DNA of 64,000 nt, from the NCBI RefSeq assembly GCF_964204645.1, contig NC_134029.1, positions 682,001 through 746,000 on the forward strand, written 5' to 3'. How positions within the stretch are numbered: the first letter of the stretch is position 1; the number at the start of each line of letters is the position of its first letter. Under the pieces are notes generated by a model. It ran no database searches. It was not told where the DNA came from and saw only the letters and a program-made list of their open reading frames with translations. The stretch comes from Tubulanus polymorphus. Lineage: Eukaryota; Animalia; Nemertea. A program made the position numbers and the translations under genes. Shown here in pieces: positions 11,046-24,794 of the stretch.

Positions 11046-12092
11046 GTGTAAAGAGGCTGGAAAGGCCGTGTAGAAAGGCTAAAGATTTTAGACATCTAGC
11101 TTCAATAAAAAAACTTTATGGAAATCTCAATGAAACATGACTCGATTTGTAACTGATGATATGATCACAGCTGAGAGTGTGGAAATTGAAAAAGCATTTT
11201 TGACGCGATCGCCGTGTTTACCGTCATACTGGCGGTGATGTAATCTGAACGGAATTAAATCAGACTATTCTCATCATGTGAGCATCAGAACTCACTCAGA
11301 TCTGAGACAGGTGTCTAAATAAAATATAATTTACTGAGAGCATTTGTGTGTGAGAATTGTGAGTTATTTTTCGGGCTATAATTAGAAAATGTGTTGTATT
11401 AAGTCGTAGTATTTCGATGTTGACTCAGCGGAGAGCGAGGCTGTGATAGTCTCAGTGGATCTTTCAACCCCGACTCACGACGAGTATATATTCAATTTCA
11501 TACTTTTTAAGAGCTCAGAAATCTACAATAGATAGAAAAGGGTTTGAGTTCATTACAAACTATTGTAATGAGATAACGATAGCGGTCACCCGGCATCAGA
11601 CCACAATTAGGTTAGTAGCTCGAAGATGCGTAGGGCCGGACCCCAAAAATAGTACCTAGAGTGAAGAAGAGGTCCCCCATAAATGTTGCCATAATTTCTG
11701 CAAATGGGATAGGTAACGAATTTCGGTTATATGTATGAAATCCATTGATCCTGAGAGACAGATCGATGATGAAATAAGGGATTCCCTGGACTTTTTTTGC
11801 TTGGAGTAAGGGTACCAAACACGGTGGGGGATTCCCTTAGATATTTGGCCCGGATGTACTGGCATACCTGTACTGGGATACCCCTCCTTTCTAAAGGTTT
11901 GATTATTTCAAAAGTTAGGTTGGGTACGTGGGGCGAAAACCACTTCAATGCGTAGCTAAGATGCTGGCCTATGAGCCATAAGCAGGATTTCCCCTGAATT
12001 TACGCGCTTATATATGAACTAAACTCTCGAATTTCTTGTTTTTACTATAGGATATAGAAGATTTTGGAATAGTGGTCTGAGCTCACCCCTGA

Positions 12093-12396
12093 CCACACCT
12101 GACTGATCGCCACGCAGTTCACTGGTCACCACTGACACAAACCACCAAACTCATACAATCACCTGTACTCTGTGGTCTAGAGGTTAAGACAGTGGACTGA
12201 CAAGCCAGTGCCCCAGGTTCTAATCCCAGTGGATGCTGCAGCTAGGGTTAGAGTTGTAAGCCAGTGGTGGCTGGTGATACGGTTAGAGTTGTAACTTTAA
12301 TTTTTTGATAATTTTAGTAATGGTGATTTGGTTGTGTTCAGATAAGGATAACTAGCCTTTTATCGTCATTAGAGTGGCTACACCTGATTGGTCACC
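12093..12396 (+). mobile_element. Dispersed element with an internal tRNA-like module (copy 1)
   Basis: Head ccacacctgactgatcgccac, A-box-like tggtctagagg (12173), B-box-like ggttctaatcc (12216), then tagggttag. The head motif recurs at 12381-12396. Related to 56307-56470. Confidence 0.6.
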
Positions 12397-14525
12397 AGAT
12401 TTAGAATCATCGCCAGTCACTACAGCTCGTATTTGAGACTTGGGTTAGGTTTATGGACGACCAGTGGTTTCTTTTTTAAACATATTCACCATGCATCTGT
12501 ATGGAATTCTTTAGTAATAAATCTAACCAGATGCTGCGTGTAAAACCAGATGTACGTTTGAGTTTTATATTCTTACCCTAATTATATAAAAATAGGTGTT
12601 TTACTATGAATTCCTGTCGAACAGGTGGCATCTACTCGAACATTTGTATCAACACTGAATTTATACGAGTTCATTGATAAAATCAACACAAACGTGGTTC
12701 GAATATTTTCCGTATAGATTTCTAGCTCTTCTTTAGCCGTTTTTATCCAGATCTGTAGCTTCAGGCTTTTCGCAGGTTATTGTCACCACGAGCTCCAGCG
12801 CTAGAAACAAATAATCTTTATGAATAATCGACATGTAAAAAGCCTTCAATCTTGACGTATTGTAGCAGTCACAGTGTTTCTACTGATGACAGGCCTGTCA
12901 CGCAAGTTTCCTGTCTTTAGGTTTTGTTGTTGCATATTCTATTCAACCATAAGTTGCCTGAGATACTGTATATTCGCTAAGGGGAATTTCTAAATCAATC
13001 TAGATTTATAGCGATTCAGTAAAAAAAGCGATTCAAAAATGTTTTGACCAATTTTGACCAAATCTAAATGTGATTCGTAGTAAATTGTAACGATTAGCGT
13101 TACCGCGGGATAGGAGCTCGGTTAGATTGTTTAACTCACAACTGTGGAACTGGGTCGAGCTGATCTGAAAAACTTACAGGCCCTATCATTAAATCACGTG
13201 TCAATATGGTGTCCGCCACGTGGAAAAAGCAGCTGTACCATCCTCTAACGATGTAAGACGATGTTTTTCTCTGCTATACGTGGCTTAGTCAACGCGGCAG
13301 TGGTTTTTTTCTACTTCCAATTGATGGTTTGAATCGTGTGACAGTGACTGAGTATTTTTCTGTAGTTCTTCTCAACGCTGTGCACCTTATAGTTGATGGT
13401 TTGAATGTTGACAGTGACTGAGTATGTTCAGTTAGGTAGGTTTTATTGGCCTCGGACGCGACCAGCATGTGGTATTCACTCATCCTGACTCTGAAACACA
13501 CACTTCAAAATCTAATCATTTCGTGCGTATAAGATACCGCCGTCACAAATGCATTTTTCTGGTCAAATGTTCCTCTTGTTGAAATGGGTTTGAGAAATAC
13601 AAGTGGTTTAACATTTTTTAATAAAGGTCCCGAGTTTCCAGTGTACGTGAACAAATTGTTAAATGTACAGTACACTCAGACACACTTATATAAGTCGTTG
13701 TTTTCGGGACGATCTTTATATGTGAAAGACTTATCCAAATGACGGCTTGCGCACAATTTGAGACTAATAAAAAACTTCAGTAATTTGACGACCTATGACT
13801 TACTTATCAGATGACATAACCTAGTTTATGACTGTATGAGTATAATGTCTTAGTTCTTATTTCATTTTGGTTTCAACTTAAGTCACAACAATCCAGCTAT
13901 GTGGATACATCAGCATCATCTTATATCGCTCTATCAATCTGTGACACATCAGAGATCAGAGATCAGCTAATCGTGTTTATCAAAATCTGTGTCAATTCTC
14001 AGGCTAAGACGACCTCGAAAAATAATGTCTGTATCATCAGAATTTCAGACGCTTGCAATATCGGCGTCATCATTTCATGTTCAGTCAAATGCTGGTTTTA
14101 TAAACTATATAATAAAAGTCAACCTCTATGTTTAGATGAATCCCTAGCGACGAATGATTAATATGAACATCTCCCTCGAGTTTCAAATTCATAAAACTGG
14201 GCCTTGTTAGTTCCTTTTTCTTTATAATCGATTGGATAAAAACAACAGCGTCAGAGAAGCGTGTATAATACCAGTGCCAGCGCGTGTGTGAATTTGATTT
14301 ATCAGCTCGCCTAGACCGTATTATCTCTCCTGCTACGATCGCTCGGGTACTAATCGGAACTTCTAGTATGACTGATGTGCTAAAATTTTCATTGATTCTG
14401 TTTTGAAAGGCGTTGATTCTACGTTTTAATTCTATATGTCAAGCGATAATAAATGGCGTTGTAAAAGCGTTGTCGTCGCATTTGATGACACAATAGAAAA
14501 CCATCGCGTGCCGAAGTGTTACGTC

Positions 14526-14824
14526 GTGGGCTTCCGTAGTTTATGCAAATAATGCCGTGGTTTCAAGCTCCTCATTCCAACCTGTCCAGCGCGCCGCAGT
14601 ATCATCATATGGGCTTCCGTAGTTTATGCAAATGATACCAGGTTTTTAGCTCCTCCACTCTGTCTAGCTGGCCGCAGTGTTATCATGTGGGCTTTCGTAG
14701 TTTATGCAAATGACATGGGTTTCTAGCTCCTCATTTCATTCAGTCCAGCTGTCCGCAGTGTTATCATGTGGGCTTCCGTAGTTTATGCAAATGACGTGAG
14801 TTTCTAGCTCCTCATTCCATTCTG
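14526..14824. repeat. ~80-bp diverged tandem repeat (~3.7 copies) with an octamer in each copy
   Basis: gggctt(c/t)cgtagtttATGCAAAT at octamer positions 14543, 14626, 14704 and 14785. Confidence 0.9.
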
Positions 14825-17800
14825 TCGCCCGTAGTTAGAAAAAAAAACCCAGTCACCTTTATACATTGATCGATTATTTTGTATGCGTTTGATGTTGTTT
14901 TTCTAGTAAGCGACGTGAGAGTCAATTGGCTTATGACAGGAAACAGTGTACATTATTCAGTAAAGGTTCCCCGCCAGCCGTTCTATTGTCGACTTCATTT
15001 AGCTGTGGCCATTTTCGTTCAAATTCTCGATGTCGCCGTAAAAAGCTTTTTGCCGATATGCAGAACGCGATGGAAAATGCTGTTATATACAATAACGCCT
15101 ACGATCGAAGCCTCGGGGATTTTAAACCGCTCTGACCTCATGTCGTCCCGGGTCGTTGCCCCAGAAATTGAAAATCTTTAACTCATTCAGGCGAAATATG
15201 TGACGGATGTCGAATGTCGAATGTCGTATATCAAATGATTTCGGTCGCTTGTAATGACTGGTGTTTGTAATGACACCTGTCTAGCGTACACCGGGTTAAC
15301 TGATGTTTTCTATCGCGTCCTTTGCCGAAAGGGGAATTTTGACTATCGCCATCTCTCCTGGATGATGTGTGAATATCAGCTGCAACCTTAAGTTCATCCC
15401 TTTTATCACCTGAGATGTTGCGTATATTGTCCGCCAGTAGAATACATCATAAAGGATGGATATAGAATGTTTATTCTCTGTGGACTCATTCCCTTCTTCA
15501 ATTATTCACGTCAAGTTCTTTGGAAGTAAAAGAAAACATTAAAAATTTACTTAAATTTTTTTCTACATTTCCAGGTTGCGTAGTGCATAGTGTTTATAAT
15601 ACGCCCGAGGGTTTGGTTACCTTCAGAATTGCAGCTGAAAAGGCTCTCACTTGAGAACAATGTCAAATAGCAAAACAGTCTCTATCATCTGTGAACTCAT
15701 GTTTTGATTTGATAGCGCGTAGCTGGAGGCGAGTTTTCAATGTGTTTCTGTTTCAACATTTCACCCTAAAAGTCATCTTTACCTACCGGTAATATCAAAC
15801 TGTATTGTAAAATTGATTCGATTCTCAAACACAGTTAAAAATCATCAGACTCAAACATAAGTTTCATCATTCAAACATCAAGGCCTGCGCCGTCTAGGTG
15901 CCCGTAGTTCAAACAATAGAAACTCAAGCTGATGCGATCATGTGCAACTTGGTTCCTGTTTTTATTCACTAGTAAATGTTACGGTGAAATCGTTTTTCTA
16001 GAATTCTACCCACTTTGAAGTCGGAAGATTTTTCCGATTAAAATCTTCAATGCAAAAGTCTTCCGTGAGATTAAAAAACGATCTGATATCTAATCCATCT
16101 TCTGAGAGATTTCTAATGAGTAATATGATTTCATTCGTTGTGTAACCGACTGTAATCCGAATCGTTTAGCGTCACCCTGTATCAAGCAAAAGAGTTGGCG
16201 TTTCGTATTTTCTTCCGCGATGTTTTGCTTCATTGCCCGAAATCAGATGGAAAAAATATGGACAGATTTGTCTGAATAGAGACAGACGACGAGGACGGAT
16301 CGCGACAGCTGCCGCTACTACTACCTCGAAATAAAAGAAAAAATCATTAGTCTATTCTTTATATAATCTGTGGTGAACACAGCCTTATATACATTCACAT
16401 TATGTACATGTATAGGAGAACTTTCCCTTCGATTTCACGCTGTTAAAATCGTTACAAATCGACTTAAATCCGGATTCTTATCTCCGATTGAGTTCGTAAA
16501 CGATGGATGATTTTTAATTCGATGCAAAGTCGAATCGGAAAGATAAACTACGACACGAGTTTGAGTAGAACCGCGTCCAAACATCATCCAGCAGATTTAG
16601 AGCTTTCAACTTTTCGAAATTAATTTTCTGATTAAAAAAATGACGTCGAGCATTACTTGAAAATAACTTCAAACCATTGTCTACGACGTCTAAACAAGTT
16701 TTATGAATTCAATTTCGAAAATAAAAATGACAAAAGTGGACAATATTGTAAATATTGGTTATAGAACTCGGTGTGTCTGGCGACACCGTCGACTACAATG
16801 TGAACGGTATGTGACGCACGCGTTCGCTGTTAACACTACCCTCGATGAATGAGACAGCCAATTGGATGATCTATCCAGTCACATGACTCGACTCACCGGA
16901 GATACGGCGTTCTCCGTTCTCGCCAGTAGTACAGTTGTTGACGATGTCGATGGATAAACTATTGGAACTCTTCTCTCAAACCTCTCCTCACGGCTGCGTC
17001 TTCGATTGTCTAAATATATAGGACTTAATATCTCGGGACTATTCAAACTACAGGTTCGTACAGACGCTTTCATCTGACTTTATTTATCATATGTTTTCTT
17101 CTAATTGTCAATTGATTCAAAAATGGAACTTGTAAAGTTTTAGATAGTTTTTAATCTCCACTTCACTGATGTAGCATCTATAAGTTTGCGAGCAAGCTCT
17201 TGAAAATATCGATAGTATACATTTCTTGAAGGGAATAATTGAAATAATTTTCAATCTTCTGAAAGATGCAAAATATTTTGTAATAAAATATATAGAATGA
17301 TCTAGTTAAGAAACTGAGAGGAATTCTATAACGATATAGAAATGGGAAATAGAAATGTTGGCGATCGTCTTCGTAAACTGGTGGGGAATTGATTCGTAAA
17401 AATTTTCAAAAATCGGTTTTATCTTAACCTATGTACAGATTACTAAATCAGACTCAGATGCGGCTTTAAATTCCTTGATTTTCACACAAAATCGTTTAGA
17501 ATCGACCTGCAATCACAACTGGCTTGAATCATCGTAGTTAGGAACGATCATTGTGTTAATGACTTATCCAAATGGCGACTTACACTCAATAAATTGAATT
17601 GCAAATATAAATCGGGACTCTAAAATAAAGACGACTTGAAATAATGTGACGACTTCTTTAGCGAGTTTGACAGCATACTAAGAATATACCGTGTTCGCTG
17701 ATGACGACTATAATATAACCTCGTCATCATATACACGTAGAAAACTGTGGCCTTTTCTATTGACTTTCATCACGAAACTTCTAAAAAGTGACATGAAATA

Positions 17801-20296
17801 TATTTTTCGCGAACGGGCGCCATGTATTCACAGATAGAGACTATTAGTGATTTTAGTTTATGCTTCAAATGTTTTCTGTTTTTACTAATGTTCAATGTAT
17901 TGATATTTTACGTACAAATGGTAAAGTGTTTAGTTGGAGTTGCCCCACTCAGCCAGCTGGCCTAAAGAGTACACACTAAAGAGTGAATGGAGTCCCGGAC
18001 AGCGACACGCTCGGATCCGATCATTTTACTGCCTTTTCACTATCTGTTCATCGTGGTCGAATCAATACCTCGTAATTAATAATCTAATTTATTCATTGCT
18101 TTTTATACTTCGCGTAATCATCAACAGATGTTTCGATTCCCGTCGCGGATTTGAAAAAAAATGAAAGAAATAAACGAGGAATCCTTCTGCGCGAAATACC
18201 GCGCCATTTACCATCGAATATATATTTGAGGGACCCGAGAAATTGCGGTCCCTCCTGCGAGAGCTAAATTTAAATTTGAAGGACTAAATTCCAACCTACT
18301 ACACAGCGAAAGTACAAAATTCGGATCCGATTCTACTGCGATTTTGCGAGCATTTAATCGATCGGGAAATATGGATTCGAACCTAGTATGACTTTTCGCC
18401 ATATTTGGAAAATCTATAGATAAGTGTACATTCGGCGGAATGTATATCTACAATATTTACATTCGAAGGCAGTTGTCACTTTTCACACTTCGTAAACAAT
18501 GCTACTTACCCAAAACCATACATTTCACGCTATAAGAGGATGTTTTGTTATCTGTAAGGATGCGCCACATCCTACTTGAGCATCATCCATAGCGTGTATT
18601 TATCTATGCGAGGCCGCCTTAAAACGCGAGTGGCTTTTTTCAAAAACGTCACCGATGACATGTTATCTCTCGTTACAGCAGATGTGAGAACACATCGAGG
18701 AGATATTCTATCTATCTATCAATCTACGAGAGCGTGAACAGGTTTTTACACAAAGACACTTGAAAAATAGAAAGAAAAACGATCCGCGCAAAACCTTTCT
18801 AAATTACTGACAAACCGTGGCAACAAGTGTGGAAACCATCAGATATATCAAACTGTGTCATACAATGTACCCAGCCACTGAAGTGGTATCAAAAATCATT
18901 CGCTAACACCGAAAAAACTCGTCGTCAATTCTATAGGTCTTCGGAAACATCTGGTGTTTGATGTGGCAAATAGATCAGTAAGGAGAGAATGTCATCAGAT
19001 TCTCGATTCATTTCTGACATCGCTGTCAAGATTGTTTAGATATAGATTTATCGTGTGATGTGTGTTCAAGTAAAAGCTCAACACCACAAACACCGAATTC
19101 ACTTAGATTTCAATAATCACGTGATGGAGAAACAGAAAACCCTTTTGCTATAGACCACCAAGGACTGAGAATCTCAATAGAGTTTCGAGCATGAAATACT
19201 GATGAAACTTTCCTATGTTCAGTGAACTGGGTCCCGAGAAACAGTTTTCGAGTATTTTTGACGGCTGAACTGTTCTTCATTTACTCTTGTTGTTCAACTC
19301 AGTGAAACGATTTCTAGATTATTTTTGGAATGGTAGAATACCAGATGTCTATAAAGAATAGACTCAGTGCAGATTGAATTATGTTTTTGTACGATATAAA
19401 GTTCATTAGATGTGATTAAGATGCGGCAGTATCATCTAAACTGTGACACATAGTCAATAAAACACTGACTGCAAACCGCATCAAAATCAGCCTCAAAATC
19501 CACACAATTTATCATCAGTGCAGATATGATCTCGCACATTCTGATTGATCCACACTGCATCGCCTCAATTCACTATCATCGACCGAATGAATTCCAATCA
19601 TTTTGATGATAGTATTCATTACGACGATTGATTAAAACTTCGCGACTCTCAAAAACGAAAAATAAATAAATACAATGGAAATCCAATAACGTATCGAATT
19701 CTAAAAAAAAACTGTGGTATGAAATATGTGGCCCCTGTATTAAATATAGAGTCCACTTCGAGAGCATTAACTCTAAGCAATCCGCAGATGATTTTATATT
19801 GGTTGTAGAGCTAAGAATGGTCTAAGACTGGTCTTAAGTTGTTAGATTAGCTATAGGCTTGGTGCTGATTGGCTATAGATCCAAGAAATGAACGAGCTGA
19901 AGTTAGTATTAGAATCTAATGATACTTGTGGTACCGGGCATTGACAGTCAAACAACCGGCTCGTTAATAGACGCTACTTTTTGCGAAAGCACCTCCTCCA
20001 CGCAACATCCCGAGTACCGCTATTTTTGTCATAGAAAATTCATTAGATTACATCATTGTTTCAGCGACTTTATCATATATATATATGAAATAGTCACCAA
20101 TATTGGCGCTTTAAATTTTCGGAATTTTTCACCGGGAGACCCCCAAACCTCGCGCTCGCTGTTGCAACGTCGTCAAATATGTTCCGCTTTATCTAAATTC
20201 GCACCCAGCCAAGATAAAGGCTGCGTCCGGGGTACAGGGTGAATTGTAAGATTCAGTGATCTCTGCTCTCATCTCACTGATAGTATGTTCATAGAA

Positions 20297-20341
20297 CAGC
20301 AGCAGCAGCAGCGGCAGCAGCGGCAGCAGCAGCAGCAGCAG
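20297..20341. repeat. (CAG)n with CGG interruptions
   Basis: Read directly from the sequence. Confidence 0.9.
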
Positions 20342-21751
20342 GGAGTGAGAGAGATCAGTTATTAATGTGTAGATTATGTGATGTCACTGATAAAATGACG
20401 GATCATTTCTGTTAGATTGCCATTAATCATTTCTCATTAATTTTCTACTAATTAATGTCTGTTCCACTCATCCGTTATCTTCTATTCGACGTCGTACTCA
20501 TTCACCGAGAATCTATTCTTCCGAATCACGTCAAACTCTTTCCAAATGTTTAACGGTTGTTTTTGCTAATAATTGTTAATACGACACATAACGTATTGTG
20601 GGATGCGGACCGGATGACACTCACGCGGTCCGCAACGTGAGTTTGAAATCCGATACCGTTTGAATTTTGCAACCACTTCAGGGAGGATACGAGTTCAGTA
20701 TTTGTTGAAAAATTAATTGAACGTGTCTTTAAAATCGATATCGTTGGGCTCAGTTCTTTCTTCTGTTAGCTATGTATAGGTTACAATAGCACGAAATAGC
20801 GTGCGCTTCCTGTAGATCCTTAAAAGTTATAATAATATCAAATCAAAGGCTTAAAAAATGTTGATAAGAATTTGACACGCGATTGTGAATCGATGTGTGC
20901 TTTTGAAGAAACGTGTTCTAAATATCCTAAATACGAATAGATTTCAGCTTCGTATTTCGATATATTCTATATGTAAAATACAGGTTATTGGTGGTAGCGG
21001 TTGAATCATTCAGCGACTGTATCTACCATCAATAGCTCTAACCACCTACCGCGCCTGAAGGAAATTACCAACCTTACCACAAAATAGACAATCCGAACGG
21101 AGCAGTAGTAATCATTGAATCCACAAAATCCTTATCATTCCATTCAATAACAATAAACTGGTCCCAGTTCGACAGTTGTGAGCTGTTAGCTCTGAGTTGA
21201 AATCAGTTCATTTTCGATGAGTCAAATCTTGGAGCCCGGGTTCTGGGTCCAGTTCCGCATGTTTTCGGAAGTAGAGTTTGATACTAGAATTTACAATTCA
21301 TTTCCAATGAATAACTCAGAATCGGATCCTGATAGAATCATCTGGATTGGTTACATCTTCAATAGTCATTAATTCTAGTATTCACGATTAGGAAGATCAA
21401 TGTAGTTATTATACCAATCTTATTTTCAATAGGAATATTTTGTATTGATGATAGAAAAACCGGTGCACCTGCGAGTGTATACTGATCACAGTCTGGATTA
21501 GTTCTTAAAGCGGAGAAATGAAACATTGAATAATTATTACATCAATAACAAATAAAGTTGTGACCTCGCTGTTTGAGACCTCTGTATATGAGACATCTGT
21601 ATTGTGACCTCGCTAGCTGTGACCTCTGTATCTGAGACCGGTATATCTGAGACCCTGTATCATACTAAAAATCGAGTTCCTACTTCTCAATTATCTTTCA
21701 CTTTTTACCACAAATTCAAAATTAAATTGAACAACGATTGCTGTTCTTGGA

Positions 21752-21828
<77 letters not shown>

Positions 21829-21876
21829 GGCTGCTGCTGCTGCTGCTGCTGCGGCTGCTGCGGCTGCTGCGGCTGC
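21752..21876. repeat. (CTG)n trinucleotide repeat with CGG interruptions
   Basis: About 41 units; produces the poly-Cys and poly-Ala ORFs. Confidence 0.97.
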
Positions 21877-23940
21877 AGTTACATTACAGAAAACATGTCG
21901 TATTATATTGAATTCCGATGATAGTCGCTGATGTAGTTCGCTTTTATCTGTTTGTAAAGCTGCAAAATTTAACGTTCTATTGTGATATTTATTCAAGAGA
22001 AAGGGATATTTGAATATCAATATTTTACTACACGTGTTCAGCTCTGTGTGCGGTTTGTATGGACGAATTCATTGATCTCTACTGGTTTTACATCTGTACA
22101 TTTGACAGTCACCAATACATAGACATTAAACATGTCAATATTCGAGGTCCCAGTTACATACGATCAATGTACGAGGCTGCACTAAAGGCTATCCACCCAT
22201 TGCAGCATTAGATTTGTGTCAATTTTTAGGTGCAAATTTTGGATGTTTCTCTATACACGGATGAAAATCTCACAGATTCTTAAACGTAACCGCATTGTCG
22301 TGTTGTAAATGTTGTTCATAAGATTTTTAGAATATATGTTTTGACTTTCGGCAATGGCAGCCCTCCCTGCTAGATTGAAAACTCTAACACTTAGGATAAA
22401 AAGTCATTATCAATCTAACTATTGCAGCAGTTCAATAATTCAACTGATCTTTATTTGGACCATTCTATTCTTAACAGTTCATTTCAATTGATGCCACGGT
22501 TTGGACGTTAGAAGTCAGATATTTTTCAGGTCCGATACGGTCACCAGATACTCCACGCATAAAGACCGTATATTCACGAATATGTCGAATCTATTGGATT
22601 TTAAAATGTCCAGAACCAGACAAAACTGACCAAACAATGACATGATACCTTAACAGGCCACACCTATCACAAGCGGCTATCGCTGAAATATTCTACTGAA
22701 ACGATGCTCGATTCAATAAAAGTTTTATAAGCATTACGGAATTTTTATGGATCGGATTGTTTTAGGCAAACATAAACGCGCGGATAAAAGAGATGTCGGA
22801 TTTTCCAAACATTTGCCTCATTGGCGCTGTCCCGCTCTGATCCATTACAGCATCAATAGCGATTCGAAATAAAAAATTGTGTGAACTATTTGATTAGTTC
22901 CACGCGATAAATGTTGATGATGATGATGATGATGACAATAATGATGATGATGATGTTGATGATATTTTACTGGTAGATGACGTTATCGATTTTATTTACC
23001 CACATCAAACGCGTGTATAATGAATATAAAACAGACACACGCGAATAATGTAAATAATCTTCAGTTTACACAAATCATTGTAAATAGATTCATTAATTTC
23101 TCTCTGTTTCTGATGTCTCTGTTTTATTTTCTATGATGTTAGATTATTCCGTTTTTACATTTGACACATTAGACGCACACGCAGGCGTGCGGGGTACGTG
23201 GTGCGGGGTGCGGGCGGATGCTGGATGATATTTGAGATGTTTTATCGGGCGCTGTTTGATATATCGATGATAAGTTTTCAGCTCGTTTATTAACATTAGT
23301 TTGACTCGATTCTAAACGCAAATTACAAGCCGTAATTTTTAATCACGTTTATTTATATTTATTCGTCGTCATAAATTCAGAAGCGCCAACATAAAATAAT
23401 GAATCCATTTATATCCGCTATATTAAAATATATATAGATCGATGGTTTATTATATTTAGCAAAAAGATTTTAAATTCTTCATCGTTAAAAACTTCCTCAT
23501 TCCGCTTGTAAACATCTATCAATATTCTATACCTGTAACACCGCAATCCCTCTGTCCGATCTCACACTCTCATCACTAATGTATTTCTTTGTCACATTTT
23601 GTATGGCTTTGTATTAACACTTTTGTTTTATTATATGCCGAAGTTCAAAGCTTAGTTAAAAGCAACAATTATACCGAACAACAACTAAAAGATCTGTTTC
23701 ACTGATATTTCGGTATCGTGACCTCTCTTAACAAGGAGATGATGTAGACCTTGATAAATCGATTCACTGTATTCACGATTTCTTATAAATAGACATTTTG
23801 AAGGATGGATCGTTTTTGTTTGTTTGGCTCTTTGCAGAACTAAACTTTTCGTTGTTCGTTGTGAGTAGTTTTCCAGACGTTTTTACGATGAAAAAAAATT
23901 TAAACAGTTCGGAAACTGTAAACTCTGAAATGGCGTCCGA

Positions 23941-24029
23941 AGCAGCGGCAGCACCAGCACCACCAACTGCAGTACCAGCACCCCCAGCAGCAGTACCAGC
24001 ACCAGTAGCAGCAGCAGTAGCAGCAGCAG
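23941..24029. repeat. Degenerate CAG/CAC trinucleotide tract
   Basis: agcagcggcagcaccagcaccacca...gcagcagcag. Confidence 0.8.
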
Positions 24030-24794
24030 TATCTAATCTTGGTTGATGTAAGGCGAGACCTGGTGCAATATCATCATCATCAGATCTTCCGTCCGCATAA
24101 ACACTCATTCGTTATGAATAGGACGGAAATTAAAACATAAATATTGTCGGTAGTTGACGAGAGAGAGATAGATATTGATGTAGTACTGATAAAGTTTATT
24201 ACTGTAAGAGTCACAAATATAGAATATGAGAGTGAAAAACTGCTTGAAGCCCTCCCGACGACGGATGTGCACTTTTGCCCGTTTTGACGACGGGCGATTT
24301 AATCAAGCAAACGATATCAGTTTACTAAGTATTTCCCGTTCGTATCGTCGACAAGAGCACTCACCAATATCTCCTATCAACAAAACACTGAAATAAAATC
24401 AGCCCTTTCGATGTTCTAATTATGCCGATTCGAAGTGGCTTCGACGTCATACGACGACAGCGCTGACTGGTGTACATCAGTTCCGTAATATTGGTCATTT
24501 TATCAGACTGCGATTTTTTTCCGGTTGTTAAATGTGGGATTCGAACCTGATGGCTTAACGAAACTCGGTCATATAGCGGCTTTGAGGTCGTGTAGCCTAA
24601 CCAATATAGGGGTTCGGCAGTCGCGCATATCGTTCACATACGTCATTGTCTGTCAAATTCAATGAATACTGCAAGGTCACATGGTCGTCCTTTAGTTCTG
24701 GCGGACAATTGGCAGTCTGTGACGTCACGTACATGAACCTCGAAGCTACCACTATATACACAATAGTTATAGCGAAAGCCCGAACTTTAAATGA

